The position numbers were made by a program, and so were the translations under genes. From Octopus vulgaris (taxonomy: Eukaryota), in assembly GCA_951406725.2 (NCBI GenBank), contig OX597822.1, positions 6,324,001 to 6,388,000 of the forward strand: DNA of 64,000 nt, given 5' to 3'. The notes below the pieces were generated by a model. It ran no database searches. It saw only the letters and a program-made list of their open reading frames with translations, and had not been told where the DNA came from. Below, in pieces: positions 1-12,949 of the stretch (position 1 is the first letter of the stretch; each line of letters starts with the position of its first letter).

Positions 1-974
1 TCCTTAATAGTGAATTTACAAGGATATGAGGCCGGAGCTCATCCAATTTTCTGAGCGGCTTTAGGTGATTTAGTATAAGGCATTTCCCTCAATGAAGCGC
101 TAACGTGCTGTATCATTTGCTCCCAGATGTTACTGGTCTTGGCAGCAACATAACCTGGAATACGTTGTTTAAGGATGCAACGCGCATCTCTGACCGAAGT
201 CAATACCACGACTTAAACACGTGTGAGCGCAACATCCTCCAGCACAGAAACCAAGAGGATACGTGTCTTCCTACACTCATGTATTTCGATTCGAGAACAA
301 CAAAATTTCAGTAAAATCTTATCATCTGATTTTAAGCAACAACTAGAAAATCAGGAAATCTTTAAGATTGGATTCGCTTAATTCATATTTCTATAACTTC
401 AGCAATTCACAAGATTTCCAAAAGGATATAAAGCTTAGAGAGGAATAAACAGAAAGCAGAAAACATACAAATACACGTATAGAAGTTAGGAAAGAAAGTA
501 AGTTTAAATAGAAAATTCTAAGGAAAAGAGATTTAATAAAAATAGAAAAATAAAAATAAAATAAATTTAATGAATTATCATAACTTTAAATGTATTTAGA
601 GATTCCGCAACTTTTATACTCGCAAGACATTCATCTATCTAAGACTAAATTTTGAAAATGACAGAATTTGTCTCTTTTTCTCCCCTCTCTCCCCTGCTAT
701 AACTATTTAATGGCTTCAACCAGAGGCTGAGTTCATGCTGGAACGCGCGCGCACTCACACACACACATGTACACACATATACGGACATATAAAAATACAT
801 AGAATAGAATCATGAGATATAAGTATTCCGGTACATATGACAAAGATTTCGTCTCGTACGATCTATGTGTGCGGTTTTATGCACCAAACGGCTTTATGAG
901 AGGGTCTCTCCAGGCTAGAAACACAGTGTTCGTTGTTCTAACAAGGCACCAATGCTAAGATTGATACACAGACA

Positions 975-975
975 T

Positions 976-1017
<42 letters not shown>

Positions 1018-1090
1018 ACACACACACGCACGCGCACACACACAGACACACACACACACATACACAAATATGCATGCACACACTCACACA
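975..1090. repeat. (CA)n microsatellite
   Basis: Direct reading of the sequence. Confidence 0.95.
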
Positions 1091-1592
1091 TTTCGATGTT
1101 GACGGTTCTCCATCGCTTTCGACGATGATACTTGCGTTGTTCCATCAACTCAAATACTTGCTCATTGAGAAGAAACTGCAGTTGTTTGATAATTTGAAAT
1201 ACATGGATTTTTAAGCAATATTTTAAAGCAATATTTTAAAGCAATATTCTTTCAGAAACAGCGAAACACAACGTGTGCAATCTGTTTACCTATGAATTAC
1301 CAATACGTTCTATCCGACGAGCTTGCTCAGATGGATAAGAACTGAAATTTGAAGCTCTTTATTCAGCCGTAGCACATCAGTATTAAAAGTAAGCTATAAG
1401 AACAATCCTTGTTGAGTTTTTATGGAAGAAGAAATGCATATAAACACATGTATGCTTAAAACAGCTTACAGAATAAAGGAAATACAAGTCTTATCTCAAC
1501 ATGTGTTTCGGGAGCACCGTGACTTATGCCATAAACATGTAGTATGCGTATGACAGCATTCCTCTCCCGAAAGAGGATCAACTAACGTGGCT

Positions 1593-1998
1593 TACTCTCT
1601 TTTACTCTCTTTTACTTGTTTCAGTCTTTTGCCTGCGGCCATGCTGGAGCACCGCCTTTAGTCGAGCAAATCGACCCCGGGACTTATTCTTTGTAAGCCC
1701 AGTACGTATTCTATTGGTCTCTTTGGCCGAACCGCTAAGTGACGGGGACGTAAACACACCAGCATCGGTTGTCAAGCAATGCTAGGGGGACAAACACAGA
1801 CACACAAACACACACATACATATATATACATATATACGACAGGCTTCTTTCAGTTTCCGTCTACCAAATCCACTCAGAAGGCATTGGTCGGCCCGAGGCT
1901 ATAGTAGAAGACACTTGGCCAAGATGCCACGCAGTGGGACTGAACCCGGAACCATGTGGCTGGTGAGCAAGCTACTTACCACACAGCCACTCCTGCGC
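1593..1998 (-). mobile_element. tRNA-derived SINE, family A (full length)
   Basis: Minus strand starts GCGCAGGAGTGGCTGTGTGGTAAG (A-box-like) ... GGTTCAGTCCC (B-box-like); internal (TG/TA) microsatellite; stem-loop tail ending in AAAGAG repeats; six similar copies in the window. Confidence 0.9.
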
Positions 1999-2227
1999 TT
2001 AATAATTCCATTTGAAATTATCGTGACACGCACAAACCTACCACATCATGCGCATAATACATATGAACGAGGTTTACAGCTTATGTTATGGTTGTTCCGA
2101 GGCAACTGTGGAGATACGATTTTATATAACTCCCTGTGTCTTAGTTAACTAGTAATCTCTAGTTTGTAGATCAAAATACTTGCTTTTATCTACTTTTCTA
2201 CTTCCAAAACATGTATATATATATATT

Positions 2228-2230
<3 letters not shown>

Positions 2231-2265
<35 letters not shown>
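2231..2265. repeat. (TG)n microsatellite
   Basis: Direct reading. Confidence 0.95.
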
Positions 2266-2271
<6 letters not shown>

Positions 2272-2959
2272 TCCTCCATCTTCCTCTTCCTTTTTCTCTC
2301 CCTCTCTCGTTCACCGTTTTCTACCTGTCTCACTCTCCCTCTTCTCTTTTTCTCTCTCTCGTTGTTCACACGTACGCATCGTCCATATTTCTTTTCCTCA
2401 CGGGATCATCTTTCTTTTGCTGCACGATGTTCTGAGGACCGGACGTTTCTGTTTCTCTCTCTTTTCTCTTTTCTCCCAGCATTCACTATTTACCTCTCGT
2501 TCTGGTCTAACACCCGTCCATATTTGTTTCCTTGTATGTCTCCACTGTCCTGGTTTTGTTCCCAACTTTGACCTTCCATAACTCCAAACTTTTAATTTGG
2601 AATTTATGGGAGGAACTTTCTTCGAAGACTCATATTCTCGTTGAATGTTCAAAATGAGGAGTAGATACACGATCGACAATTGATGAAGGGTTGTTCTCTG
2701 GGTTACTTGTCATGTTTTCCATTTTTTCTCTCGTTGTTTGCATATTTAACCCGCCTGTGTTCGTACATAATATTGTCTACACAGTTAGTGATGTCCTGTA
2801 CCCTTATATACATTTTGTCTTGGTTTTGATTTTACCTCAAATATAATATACATATATACATACATACACACACACACACACATACACACACACACATACA
2901 CACACACACACATACACACACACACACACACATACACACACACACATTATTTGTAAGGG

Positions 2960-3297
2960 TCTGATTCGGTTTCCGCTCTACCGCAAGTGCCGCAGAGTCC
3001 GACACGTTCAGGTTTCTAAAATAACCGAATGGAGAGTTCCAGGAAGTCCAAGATGGTTATCAGAAGATGGGCAACCACGCGCATCGAAAATCTCCCCTTT
3101 CTGAAGGGACTGGTGTCGCTAATAAGTTGACATTATCTACTATAATATCGTGTGACCCCTTTTGATCAACAGCAACCCATTTTCCAGTAGCCATCTCGAA
3201 CTTCCTTGACCTCTCCATTCGGTTATCCAGAAGCCGGAACGTATGGGATCCGTTAGGGTCCTGCGTAACTTGAAGTAGCACGGAAACCAAATCAAAC
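2960..3297. mobile_element. MITE/foldback element with long imperfect TIRs
   Basis: 2960-3071 is an imperfect reverse complement of 3176-3297 (e.g. ATAACCGAATGGAGAG / CTCTCCATTCGGTTAT); no clear TSD. Confidence 0.6.
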
Positions 3298-3370
3298 TGT
3301 TTGAAATGATACATGTAATTCCTACTAAATTTGTCGTGTGCCCTTTACCTTCGTTTGTCCACTCACTCGT

Positions 3371-3403
3371 ATACATACATACATACATACATACATACAT
3401 ACA

Positions 3404-3439
<36 letters not shown>

Positions 3440-3484
3440 TATATGTATGTATGTATATATGTATATATATATATATATACATAC

Positions 3485-3559
<75 letters not shown>
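3371..3559. repeat. (TACA)n/(TA)n compound microsatellite
   Basis: Direct reading. Confidence 0.95.
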
Positions 3560-3561
<2 letters not shown>

Positions 3562-3606
3562 TATATGAAAGAATGGAGTTGAACGACTAGGTAACAAATA
3601 TCCTTT

Positions 3607-3691
3607 ATTCTCGACATATGTTTCGAAGGCTGCATATTCCTAATTCCGAAGGAATAAGGAGTACATTATGCAGATTTCTCATCAGGAAAAT
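3607..3691 (-). ncRNA. Type I hammerhead ribozyme motif, canonical core
   Basis: Minus strand: attttc CUGAUGA gaa..ctgcata..tatgcag..ttc GAAA cauaug UC gagaat; stems I-III pair; palindromic stem III ACAUAUGU; GUC triplet. Confidence 0.8.
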
Positions 3692-3897
3692 GAAGGAACT
3701 TATGTCGACATCAAAATGCACAAAAAACTTTCATATACTTATAATTTTAAAATAAACATACAAATTTCCGCACGAAGACACGTAGTCTATGCCCTATGGA
3801 CGGAGCTTCAACTGTGTTCTTTCTGATGTGAATTTGCTACCCAGGTATCGGTTATCTTTCGAATTATCCTTAATAAGATAATTCATTCAATTACTCA

Positions 3898-3928
<31 letters not shown>

Positions 3929-4959
3929 TCTAGTGACTAAGCTAAAGTAACAGGTGCTCAGTTTCAAATAGTCTTAAGAGAGCGTCATTACATGAAGCCT
4001 AAATCAAAATATTTCCATATCATTTGATGATTTTACAGATGAAAAATATGTCAATGTAAAATAGAGAACATAAACACCCAAAAATTCACACACGCTTGCA
4101 CTCACGCAGAAATATAGACATGGATACAGATACACATATATATATGTATTTATCTGCAAAGTGCAAGTCGTCGTCCCCGGAGAGTAAGTCTGACGTGACA
4201 GTATATCATCATTATTCGCTCGGGCGGATTGCCCGGACCAATGCAAACATTTCCGCGTTTGACGTCCCGGCAAAGAGATGTCTGACTTGGTTTCTGACAT
4301 ATTAGTCTTTTGCTAATTAAAATACATTTCACCTTCGCGCACTGCGGACTCAGTACGTCGCTAATTGTTTGATCGTGGCCATTGACAGTTTGTTGCCTTT
4401 CCATCGACTCATCATCGATGTTTCTAAACATTTGTTCAATAAGAGTTATTAACCGAGATAAGTTACACCTACTATGCTACATCCCATCGTTTCAATGTGT
4501 CGTGTCTCAGGTGTTTACATAGCTTTTAACCCATAACTGGGAACCTGACAGCCGCTACAAATTCAGATCAGACTAGACCTTGGAACAATTGTAGCTAAGA
4601 ATGATTCTGCATTCCTAAAATCCATGGAATTCTAAAACTTGGGCACCACTACCGGACACAGTTTAAAGTTGTATTCAGAACATGGTATATGTTAACATAT
4701 ACCATGCTTTCGAATGTTGCTTTAGGCGCCTATGTAATCTCAGATATTCCCTTCATTCAATAGAACATCCCAAAATATTTTACTGGATCAAATAGTCGGA
4801 GAGAAATCTACTGAGGGGGCTGCGGCATCTCGAAATTAAGTGTTTTGCTCCAGTTCACAAATCAACGGCTACTGCAGCAATCGAACCCACGACGTAGCGA
4901 TCATGAACCGAACGTCCTAAAATCCAGGCCACGCGCCTTCCCCGTATGCATGCAGGTGA

Positions 4960-5170
4960 ACCATTTTATTACAAGCACAAGACCTGAAATATGAGTGGAG
5001 GAGCCTAATCGATTATATTGACCCCATTGAAAAACTAGTTCGTATTTCCTCGACCCAAACGGATGAAAGGGAAAGTCGACCATGGCAGGATTTGAACTCA
5101 TAATTTTAAAGACTAACGAAATTCTTCAAAGCATTTGGGCAGGCATACTAAGTATTCTGCCAGGTTACTG
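4960..5170 (-). mobile_element. SINE family B, degenerate
   Basis: GGATGAAAGGGAAAGTCGACC...GATTTGAACTCA matches the younger copies at 46736 and 56630. Confidence 0.7.
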
Positions 5171-5184
5171 CCTTCTGTGTGCAT

Positions 5185-5490
5185 ATCACCGTGACCAACA
5201 AGTCGATCAGATGTTGCTACACATTGCTGGTCACAATGCGTTTCGCATTGTTTTAAGCCTTCAAATGACGCCACCCCGATAGCTAAGCGAGCAGGCCAAC
5301 AGAAGAAATAGTGAGAGAAAGTTGTGGCGAAATAGTACAGCAGGGATCGTCACCACCCCGCTGCCGGAGCCTCGTGTAGCTTTAGGTATTTTCGCTCAAT
5401 AAACACACACAACGCCCGGTCTGGGAATCGAAACCGCAATCCTACGACCGCGAGTCCGCTGCCCTAACCACTGGGCCATTGTGCCTCCAC
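5185..5490 (-). mobile_element. tRNA-derived SINE, family C
   Basis: Minus strand GTGGAGGCACAATGGCCCAGTGGTTAGG...GGTTTCGATTCCC (A/B boxes); matches 56239-56523 and 10902-10999. Confidence 0.85.
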
Positions 5491-5711
5491 CTGTGTGCAT
5501 ATAATACACTAAAATCTAGGCAGCACATAATGATTAAGCATATATTATATCTTACATTAAATGTTCTAATTAATTTTAAAGGTCCTAATACTACAAAGTA
5601 AAACCTAAGTATTCTTACTTTACGACAAATGACACAAAGTATTCCCTAATTATTTAAAATGTCCTACACTACTTCATTTATCTGAGGCAAACATTACGTA
5701 ATATTACATGT

Positions 5712-6098
5712 TACTCTTACATTTTACTTGTTTCAGTCATTTGACTGCGGCCATGCTGGAGCACCACCTTTAGTCGAGCAACTCGACCCCGGGACTTATT
5801 CTTTGTAAGCCCAGTACTTATTCTATCGGTCTGTTTTACCGAACCGCTAAGTGACGGGGACATAAACACACCAGCATCGGATGTCAAGCAATGCTAGGGG
5901 GACAAACACGGATACACAAACACACACACGCATATATATATATATATTTACATATATACGACAGGCTTCTTTCAGTTTCCGTCTACCAAATCCACTCACA
6001 AGGCTTTGGTCGGCCCGAGGCTATAGTAGAAGACACTTGCCCAAGGTGCCACGCAGTGGGACTGAACCCGGAACCATGTGGTTGGTAAACAAGCTACT
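5712..6098 (-). mobile_element. SINE family A (slightly 5'-truncated)
   Basis: Near-identical to 1593-1998. Confidence 0.9.
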
Positions 6099-6164
6099 AA
6101 TATTTTACATGATAAGTCCCGTTCGTCAAACAACGATGTAAAACGCACGCAATACATACATTGC

Positions 6165-6462
6165 TGACACTCCGTCGTTTACGATTGCGAAAGTTTCATC
6201 TGATTGGATCATCAGAACAGCCTGCTGATGAAATTAACATGTAAGTGGCTGAGCACTCCACAGACATGCGTTACTACCAAAGTGATTCAGCGTGAAACAG
6301 AATATAACAATTATGGTCCTTTGAAATTCTACTCATTTTTGTCTGCTGAGTGGAGAAGCGGAGCTGCGTAACAATAAAGTGTCTTGCACGCGCCGTCGTA
6401 CGTGGAACGCACGACCTCACAACCGTGCGCTGAATAATATCCTAACCGCTAAGCCACGCGCC
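6165..6462 (-). mobile_element. SINE family D, degenerate
   Basis: AAGTGGCTGAGCACTCCACAGACA is the reverse complement of the core at 24690-24715. Confidence 0.65.
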
Positions 6463-7885
6463 ATCAAACATATATATATACATATATTGTTGAAATCTGA
6501 AATATCTATAAGGGAGATGAAAGAAGAACTGATGAACTTGTTATGCAGTCCTCGAAATTACATATATTTCGTTAGCTGCGAAGTGGAGTTGAAGCTTTAC
6601 GGTGAGTTTGCAGAAATTGCCTAGAAACCATTCCACTCTAATCTTATATTCTACTGGTCTATTCGTTTCGCTGTTTCAGCCTTTTGGCTGTGGAAAGAAC
6701 CTCGAGTCACAGTCATGGGTGAAACATTTCCTTGAAATCGCTATATGTAGACCAGTTCATTTGTGCTGTCACGTAATTAACAGGGTTACGAGACTGGTAA
6801 TGGAAAGATAATAAATCAATTTCCTACTATCTCCCTTTATGCTGATATAAACCGACATTCATTGGAACCGATTGTTACATTTTAATGATGAAACAAGAAT
6901 AAGACATTTTGTAGTAGAATAATTCTATAGAAAAATCAATATGAAATCAATCATTTGTTTTGGCCAATAACATTCTAAAGGAAAGTTAAAACTAAGGATT
7001 AACAGTGAGGATAGATAATAACAAAGGTTTACTAATTTGATTAACCAAGGGCAAGGATGACGATAAATTCGTTGCCAATGAGAAATGCCGCTGGTAGACA
7101 GCAGGGAGGTTAATGAAACTCTAGAAATTGACCAATCACGTAACAGCTCTTTAATAGAATGAAATAGAACAAACGCAATTATCAAACAGATGAATTTCTA
7201 AAAGGAAATAACTATGTTATGATAACTATGTTATGTATGTACGCATACATAACGAAAGGCACAAGACGACTAACCATGAAACTGGCTGTTGATATAAAGT
7301 CGCCCCTTTCATAAGCCTAGTCAAAGAGAGAGCCCCTAAGCTGTTGCACGTTTCAGAAATAGCTACAAACTTCTTCCTACACACTTAAAGACATATTACA
7401 AAAGCACTGTCCTGGGTATGCTATGAGAAGAAGAAAACCGAAACATGGTTCCGGGATTGCTTTTGATTTAGGTGTATTCAACAAGGTTTGGAACTGGGCT
7501 AAAAACGAACCAGCAGTCTGTGAAAAAGGTATTTGACTCTCAATGGCATTTTTTATCAAGCACCACAGAATATTCTATCTCAAAATTTTCAACGATTTAA
7601 GAGCAAATTGAATTGTAAAGCAATACACCTGTGTGTAGTGCAGTCAGCGTTGTGTTTCAGTTACTATGACATAAAATTTACTTACGGTTGACAGCAGTGG
7701 TCACACATAAATGAGTATAATTTCTAACATAATTCATTTTGGAGATTGGGTATGTTCGTTTATGCTTTGTTGTACCCACAACAGTTCACTGTCGTGAAAT
7801 ACAATGCGGTTAGGGATTTTAAACTTGGTGAAGATTCTCGTTCTCCAGGTATGAACAAAACTGATATCTTCCAAGAAAGAAAGAG

Positions 7886-8102
7886 AGTGAGAGAGAGGGA
7901 GAGAGAAGAAGAAGAAGAAGAAGAAGAAGAAGAAGAAGAAGAAGAAGAAGAAGAAGAAGGAGACGAAGAAGAAGAAGAAGGAGAAGAAGAAGGAGAAGAA
8001 GTAGAAGAAGAAGAAGAAGAAGAAGAGGAGAAGAAGAAGAAGAAGAAGAAGAAGAAGAAGAAGAAGAAGAAGAAGAAGAAGAAGAAGAAAGAGAAGAAAA
8101 AG
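7886..8102. repeat. (GAA)n trinucleotide tract
   Basis: About 200 bp of purine-only GAA/GGA repeats. Confidence 0.95.
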
Positions 8103-8959
8103 TAATTAACTTATCGAACGCCGAAGTTAGCTTCCGCGGAATCTGATCTCAGAGTGCAGCAAACTGGAACAAATATCACACAGACATTCCATCCGACTCT
8201 GGTCTAACGTCTCTACTACTCAATCGCCTTATAATCGATTCTAGACAAAACAATCTTTGTAATTCCATCGAACCAAGAATATTGAATGTGCGAATTCGAA
8301 CTCTATGGATGCAGTATATGATGTTTCTCTGTGTAGAAACTGCTCCGTTCCAATCGGGGTTGCAAAAGGGGTTTGCAGTTCCTCAAACACTGAGGAGATC
8401 GGAAGAAATAATGGTAAAAATTCGCCTGAGTGAAACCCTTGTACATATACTTTATCAATTATAAATAGTAAGCAAATTTCAGCCATAGATCGCATTCTAC
8501 CATCTTCAGAATCGCAGAATATGTTTGACAAATAAGTCCTGGATTCTTTATCTCTAAAATAAAAGAGGTGGTGTTGACGATTGAATACCGTTGATTATAA
8601 ATCTAATCGATCAGATCTTGACGTGTTCTTTAATCAGAATGAACATTATAAATTGCAAATCCATTAGTATTGAATTCAGAAGTTTTCGTTGTACATTGTT
8701 CATGGTTAGAAATGGCGCAGTATAAAAGTATTTCTTTAATGTGCACAAGAACTACGACGTGCTGTTGCTGAAAAAGACTAGACTGTTTTTGAAGTCTCAT
8801 TTATTTTGTTGCTGTTATAATACTGTCGAAGTTAATGCTGTAATAATATTTGTTGATATGTGATATTAGCACAACTTCATTTTAGAGGATGAATATTTGA
8901 TTAAATGAAACCAAGTATTTGATACTAATTTATTGATCCTAATATTTCATCTACTCCTA

Positions 8960-9150
8960 AGGGGGCGTGATAGCAGAATGGTTAGCACGCCGGGCAAAAT
9001 GATTTGCGGTATTTCGTCCGTCTTCTCATTCTGTGTTCAAATTCTGTAAAGGTTGATTTCCCTGCCCAGCCTTTCGGGGTCGACAGAATAAGTAACTATT
9101 GAGTACTGGGTTCGATGTAATCGACTTGCCCACTCCCTCGAAATTGCTGA
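8960..9150 (+). mobile_element. SINE family B, degenerate
   Basis: GTTAGCACGCCGGGC...TTCAAATTC...CTTTCGGGGTCGA. Confidence 0.7.
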
Positions 9151-10901
9151 AATCAATGTTTTGTCTACTTCAGATATATTAATACAAATTTAACCTTAAC
9201 AGGTATGGAAGTCAGAACCCTAAGATCTATGACTAAGTATTTCTATAGACTTTGTTCGATCTCTAACGGTTCTACCATATTTTTAGTTCGATATTAATAC
9301 ATTCAATTAAAAACAAAAAACGAAAACACACCACACGATTTCATTGGCCTAGTAAAATGTCAATTTTCGGAGGATAGTAGATTGAATAGACACAAATTTA
9401 TTTCAGGTACTTTTTTCTGTTTTTTATTTAAATCAATTCCTAAAAGGCATAACACAACAGCGATGGCGCTGCAATTCACCCTCAGCATCTAGATAAATGA
9501 AATTAAATTCTGTAAGCTATATGATTTGATACTCTCTTAGTTTGAGGTTTGAAAAATTACATATACTTGAATAATTAGATTTTTTCTCTAATTAGAAAAA
9601 TAGATAAGAAATATTTTTATTTATAAAAATTAATTTACTGAAAATGATAAAAATTTACTCAGCTCTCTGTAAGAAGAGGAAAAAATTAAATAGGAAATGA
9701 AATTAAAAAGAAATCATTAAAATTAATTCTAAAGATATTGATATTTCATATAGCGTATTATTTGAAAATAAATATATTGATACTCTTTATCAAATTTCAC
9801 ACATTATTCGCAAGTATTTTTCTCATATTTTCGATAAAATATTAAAAAGTATAAATATGTGTACAATTGATTTTAATCAAAATATGATGTCATCACCTAT
9901 CAACTGTTTTCAATTTCATAAAGTTGAGAAACACGAAATTAACCTTAAATTAGAGAAACAAGGTATATTTACACTTCTGCATTTAACAGCGTGTGATAGC
10001 ACGCGTGTTAAATGAAAAACTTCCTTGCAACAAGTATTGTTTATTTTCTCCAGTCGTAACTGACATTCTCAGTTTGATTCTTGCTAGAAATAAGTGAATT
10101 TTACACATTACGTTAATTTCATGGGAAAAAGACATATCCATGAAAGAAATGGTGGGGGATAATACAAGAAATTAAGGATAAATTCTAGAAATCTAGGTTA
10201 AACACTTAGTTAAAGCGCTAAAACAGTTGCTAAATCTCTCTGAAAATATACCTTTCCGATTTATCTTTTTCTCTAAAAACGAACATATTGATATTGTTGT
10301 TTCAGACAACAATTGTCAAAATTCCCAAGATGTTATGGCGAGAATGCCTTTATTGCTTATTCAATGATTGGTGCGGAAACTGGCGAAGTGACTGAGCTGT
10401 TAGAACATCGGCCGGAAAGTCTTTCGCTGCCCGCTCTCGCACTCTACACGCTAATTTCAAATCTCGCCGTGATCAACTCTAACACCTTCCATTCCGTGGC
10501 ACTCTATATAAAGTCTTGCTATATCTGTCCCAGATCTTCGCGTTTTGAGTTCAAATTCTCTCCTGTACCATCAAGGTGGACTCAAAGGTGATAGACATCC
10601 AGTGTCAAATGGAGTAACAAATCAATTGTACCAATACTTCAGTGGCATAAAAACAAAGAAGCCGAGCTTCTACAAAGTGGAATAAGAGAAAGGATTCAAA
10701 GTACAATATATTATTTAGACGAAAGGAAGAGTGACCTTGCCTATTGCGGGTGAAATGAAAGGCATAAGGGTTATGGTTGGAAGGCAGGAGGTTTACCCAA
10801 TCATAACTTTTGGAAATCTAAGCAAACAAGAAACAACATATTTGTAAAGGATATAGCTGGAAGCTATAAATATTACCTGATATATATATATATATATATA
10901 T

Positions 10902-10999
10902 CACGTGATCACGTGACCGACTAGACCATCAGATGTTGTTACACATCGCTGGTCACAATGCGTTCGCATTGTTTTAGCGCTGGCTAAGCGAGGAGGCCA
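10902..10999 (-). mobile_element. SINE family C 3' fragment
   Basis: CACGTGACCGACTAGACCATCAGATGTTGTTACACATCGCTGG matches 56248 onward. Confidence 0.8.
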
Positions 11000-11271
11000 T
11001 ATATATATATAAATACATATTGGGGTTATAACTTCTTGATTCTTTTAAGAGTAAACACAATTTCCTGTATTAAAGGTCGATGATCAGTTTTATATAAAAA
11101 GAAAAAAATAACGTTTATTATAAGATTCTTTATTTAAACGTCACCCCCAACTGAAGAAATCTAACACCACTTTTGACCAAAATCATGCAAAATTCTAGAG
11201 GGGTTCATGGTGCCTACTCAGATTTTTACCATATTTGGTGTGTTGACTTAATGTAATGCAAAAGAAGTATA

Positions 11272-12661
11272 GGATCTTTTCTATTTTGAGGCCAGTTTTT
11301 TCAAATTTTTCCTACTGAACCAAACAATTTGAAACTTCGTATACTGGTAGAATGTGTCAAAAGTAAACTTAATTGTAAACCAGAATGAAAACGGAATTGT
11401 AACTTCTAAGTTTAACGTTGTTTAATAATTAGAATTTTAACCAATGATATTCCGTCATTCGGCTTTATTTTATTTACTCCGTCTCGACCACCAATTTCGT
11501 GACGTATTTAACATCTTAAATGTAAACAAGTCAGCCACCTTCTAATAACAATATTTAAAACTAGTTAATAAGCCACATGTATTAAATTGAAAATGTTTCC
11601 ATTCTGTATGTCTGCATGTATGTGTGTGTGTATGTATGTGTAAGTATGTGTGTGTGTGTATGTATGTGTGTGTGTGTATGTATGTATAGCCGATTCATCG
11701 TAATCGTAATTACGATGAATTGGCCATACATACATAGATACATACACACACACACATACATGCAGACATACATATACACATACACCGAGTAAAAAATTTC
11801 AGTTATCTCTCTCTTTCACACATTACTCTCTCTGTCTCTTCACACACACTAACAGAAGCACTTCACTTACACAACATACTGTCTCCCACACCCCATCAAA
11901 CACACACACACACACACATGTACATCAATGCTTCCCCTAGACCAGGGGTGGGCAAACTACGGCCCGCGGGCCGCATGCGTCCCGCCATAGGTTTTCATGC
12001 GGCCCGCCGAGAGCTTTTATGAATCCCAACTTCTATGCAGATACTTCGTAACTGTACGGTAATTCACAATATTTTCACTTGATTTTTATAAATGAGGCCC
12101 GCCAAGGTTCCAAAGACGCACTGTGCGGCCCGCGATCAAAAAAGTTTGCCCACCCCTGCCCTAGACGGTAACTTCAAAGACAAAATTCCCTCGTCATAAA
12201 ATCGCTTCCTCTTAGTCTCTTTCGCTCTCATTACTTATGTAAAAAATAAAAGTTTTTTACGGAAATCGACGGAAAACTTGTACTACGACAAGCGAAACTT
12301 CGCCGAAATTTAATATTAAAAAAGCAAAGAGCTGGCAGAAACGTTAGCACGCCGGGCGAAATGCGTAGCCGTATTTCGTCTGCCGTGTTTGTTTACAGTT
12401 TTCCGAACGTTAGTACGTCACAAAAGCGCTTTCTACGTCACACTAATAGAATGCAGTCAAGTTTTACACATGAAAACAAACAATCTGATTGGTTAAAATT
12501 CGCAGTTTTAATCTACGATTAAAGTCATAAAATAGATTTTTCTCAAATAAACTAGTTCCAACCTGTGTCTTGTTTTGCTAGACTCTATCAGCATACGAAG
12601 TTTCAGATTATTTAGTTAAGTAGAAAGATCTGTGGTCCTGGCTTCAGAATAGAAAAGATCC
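11272..12661. mobile_element. Non-autonomous DNA transposon with 8-bp TSD (Merlin-like)
   Basis: TIRs GGATCTTTTCTATTTTGAGGCCAG / CTGGCTTCAGAATAGAAAAGATCC; TSD GAAGTATA at 11264-11271 and 12662-12669; GG termini plus 8-bp TSD fit Merlin. Confidence 0.75.
11943..12158. mobile_element. hAT (Charlie/Buster-type, MER58-like) MITE
   Basis: Perfect TIR CAGGGGTGGGCAAACT; 8-bp TSD CCCTAGAC at 11935-11942 and 12159-12166; subterminal CGGCCCGC motifs. Confidence 0.9.
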
Positions 12662-12949
12662 GAAGTATATCTCAAATTTCAGCGTAAGTATTTTAGGAGT
12701 TTTTAATTTGTTACCACTTAGGCCCTACTTTATGAAATATCCTCTTCCGCTCCTTTTTATTTCTGTGACGCTACAAACTCTGACTATATTAACTGTTTAT
12801 TCAGAATAGTAGGCTTATCTAGAGTATCTAAAATAATGTATCATAAGAGAAGTGCTTGTGTCACTCAAAAAAACAAAACAAAAATCTGGACGAAGAATCT
12901 CGTGCAAGTTTAAGACTCACATAAGAAAAGAAGACCTGTTCCTCTAGAA

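Noticed and set aside
2655-2712. GACAATTGATGA...TTGTC, hammerhead-like stem I
   Set aside because: No GAAA box or stem III
7746-8105. Poly-Glu/poly-Lys ORF
   Set aside because: Reading of the (GAA)n tract with a frame slip
8241-8531. 96-aa ORF and CTGAGGA/CTGAAGA..GAAA motifs
   Set aside because: No recognisable protein motif with confidence; hammerhead stems do not pair
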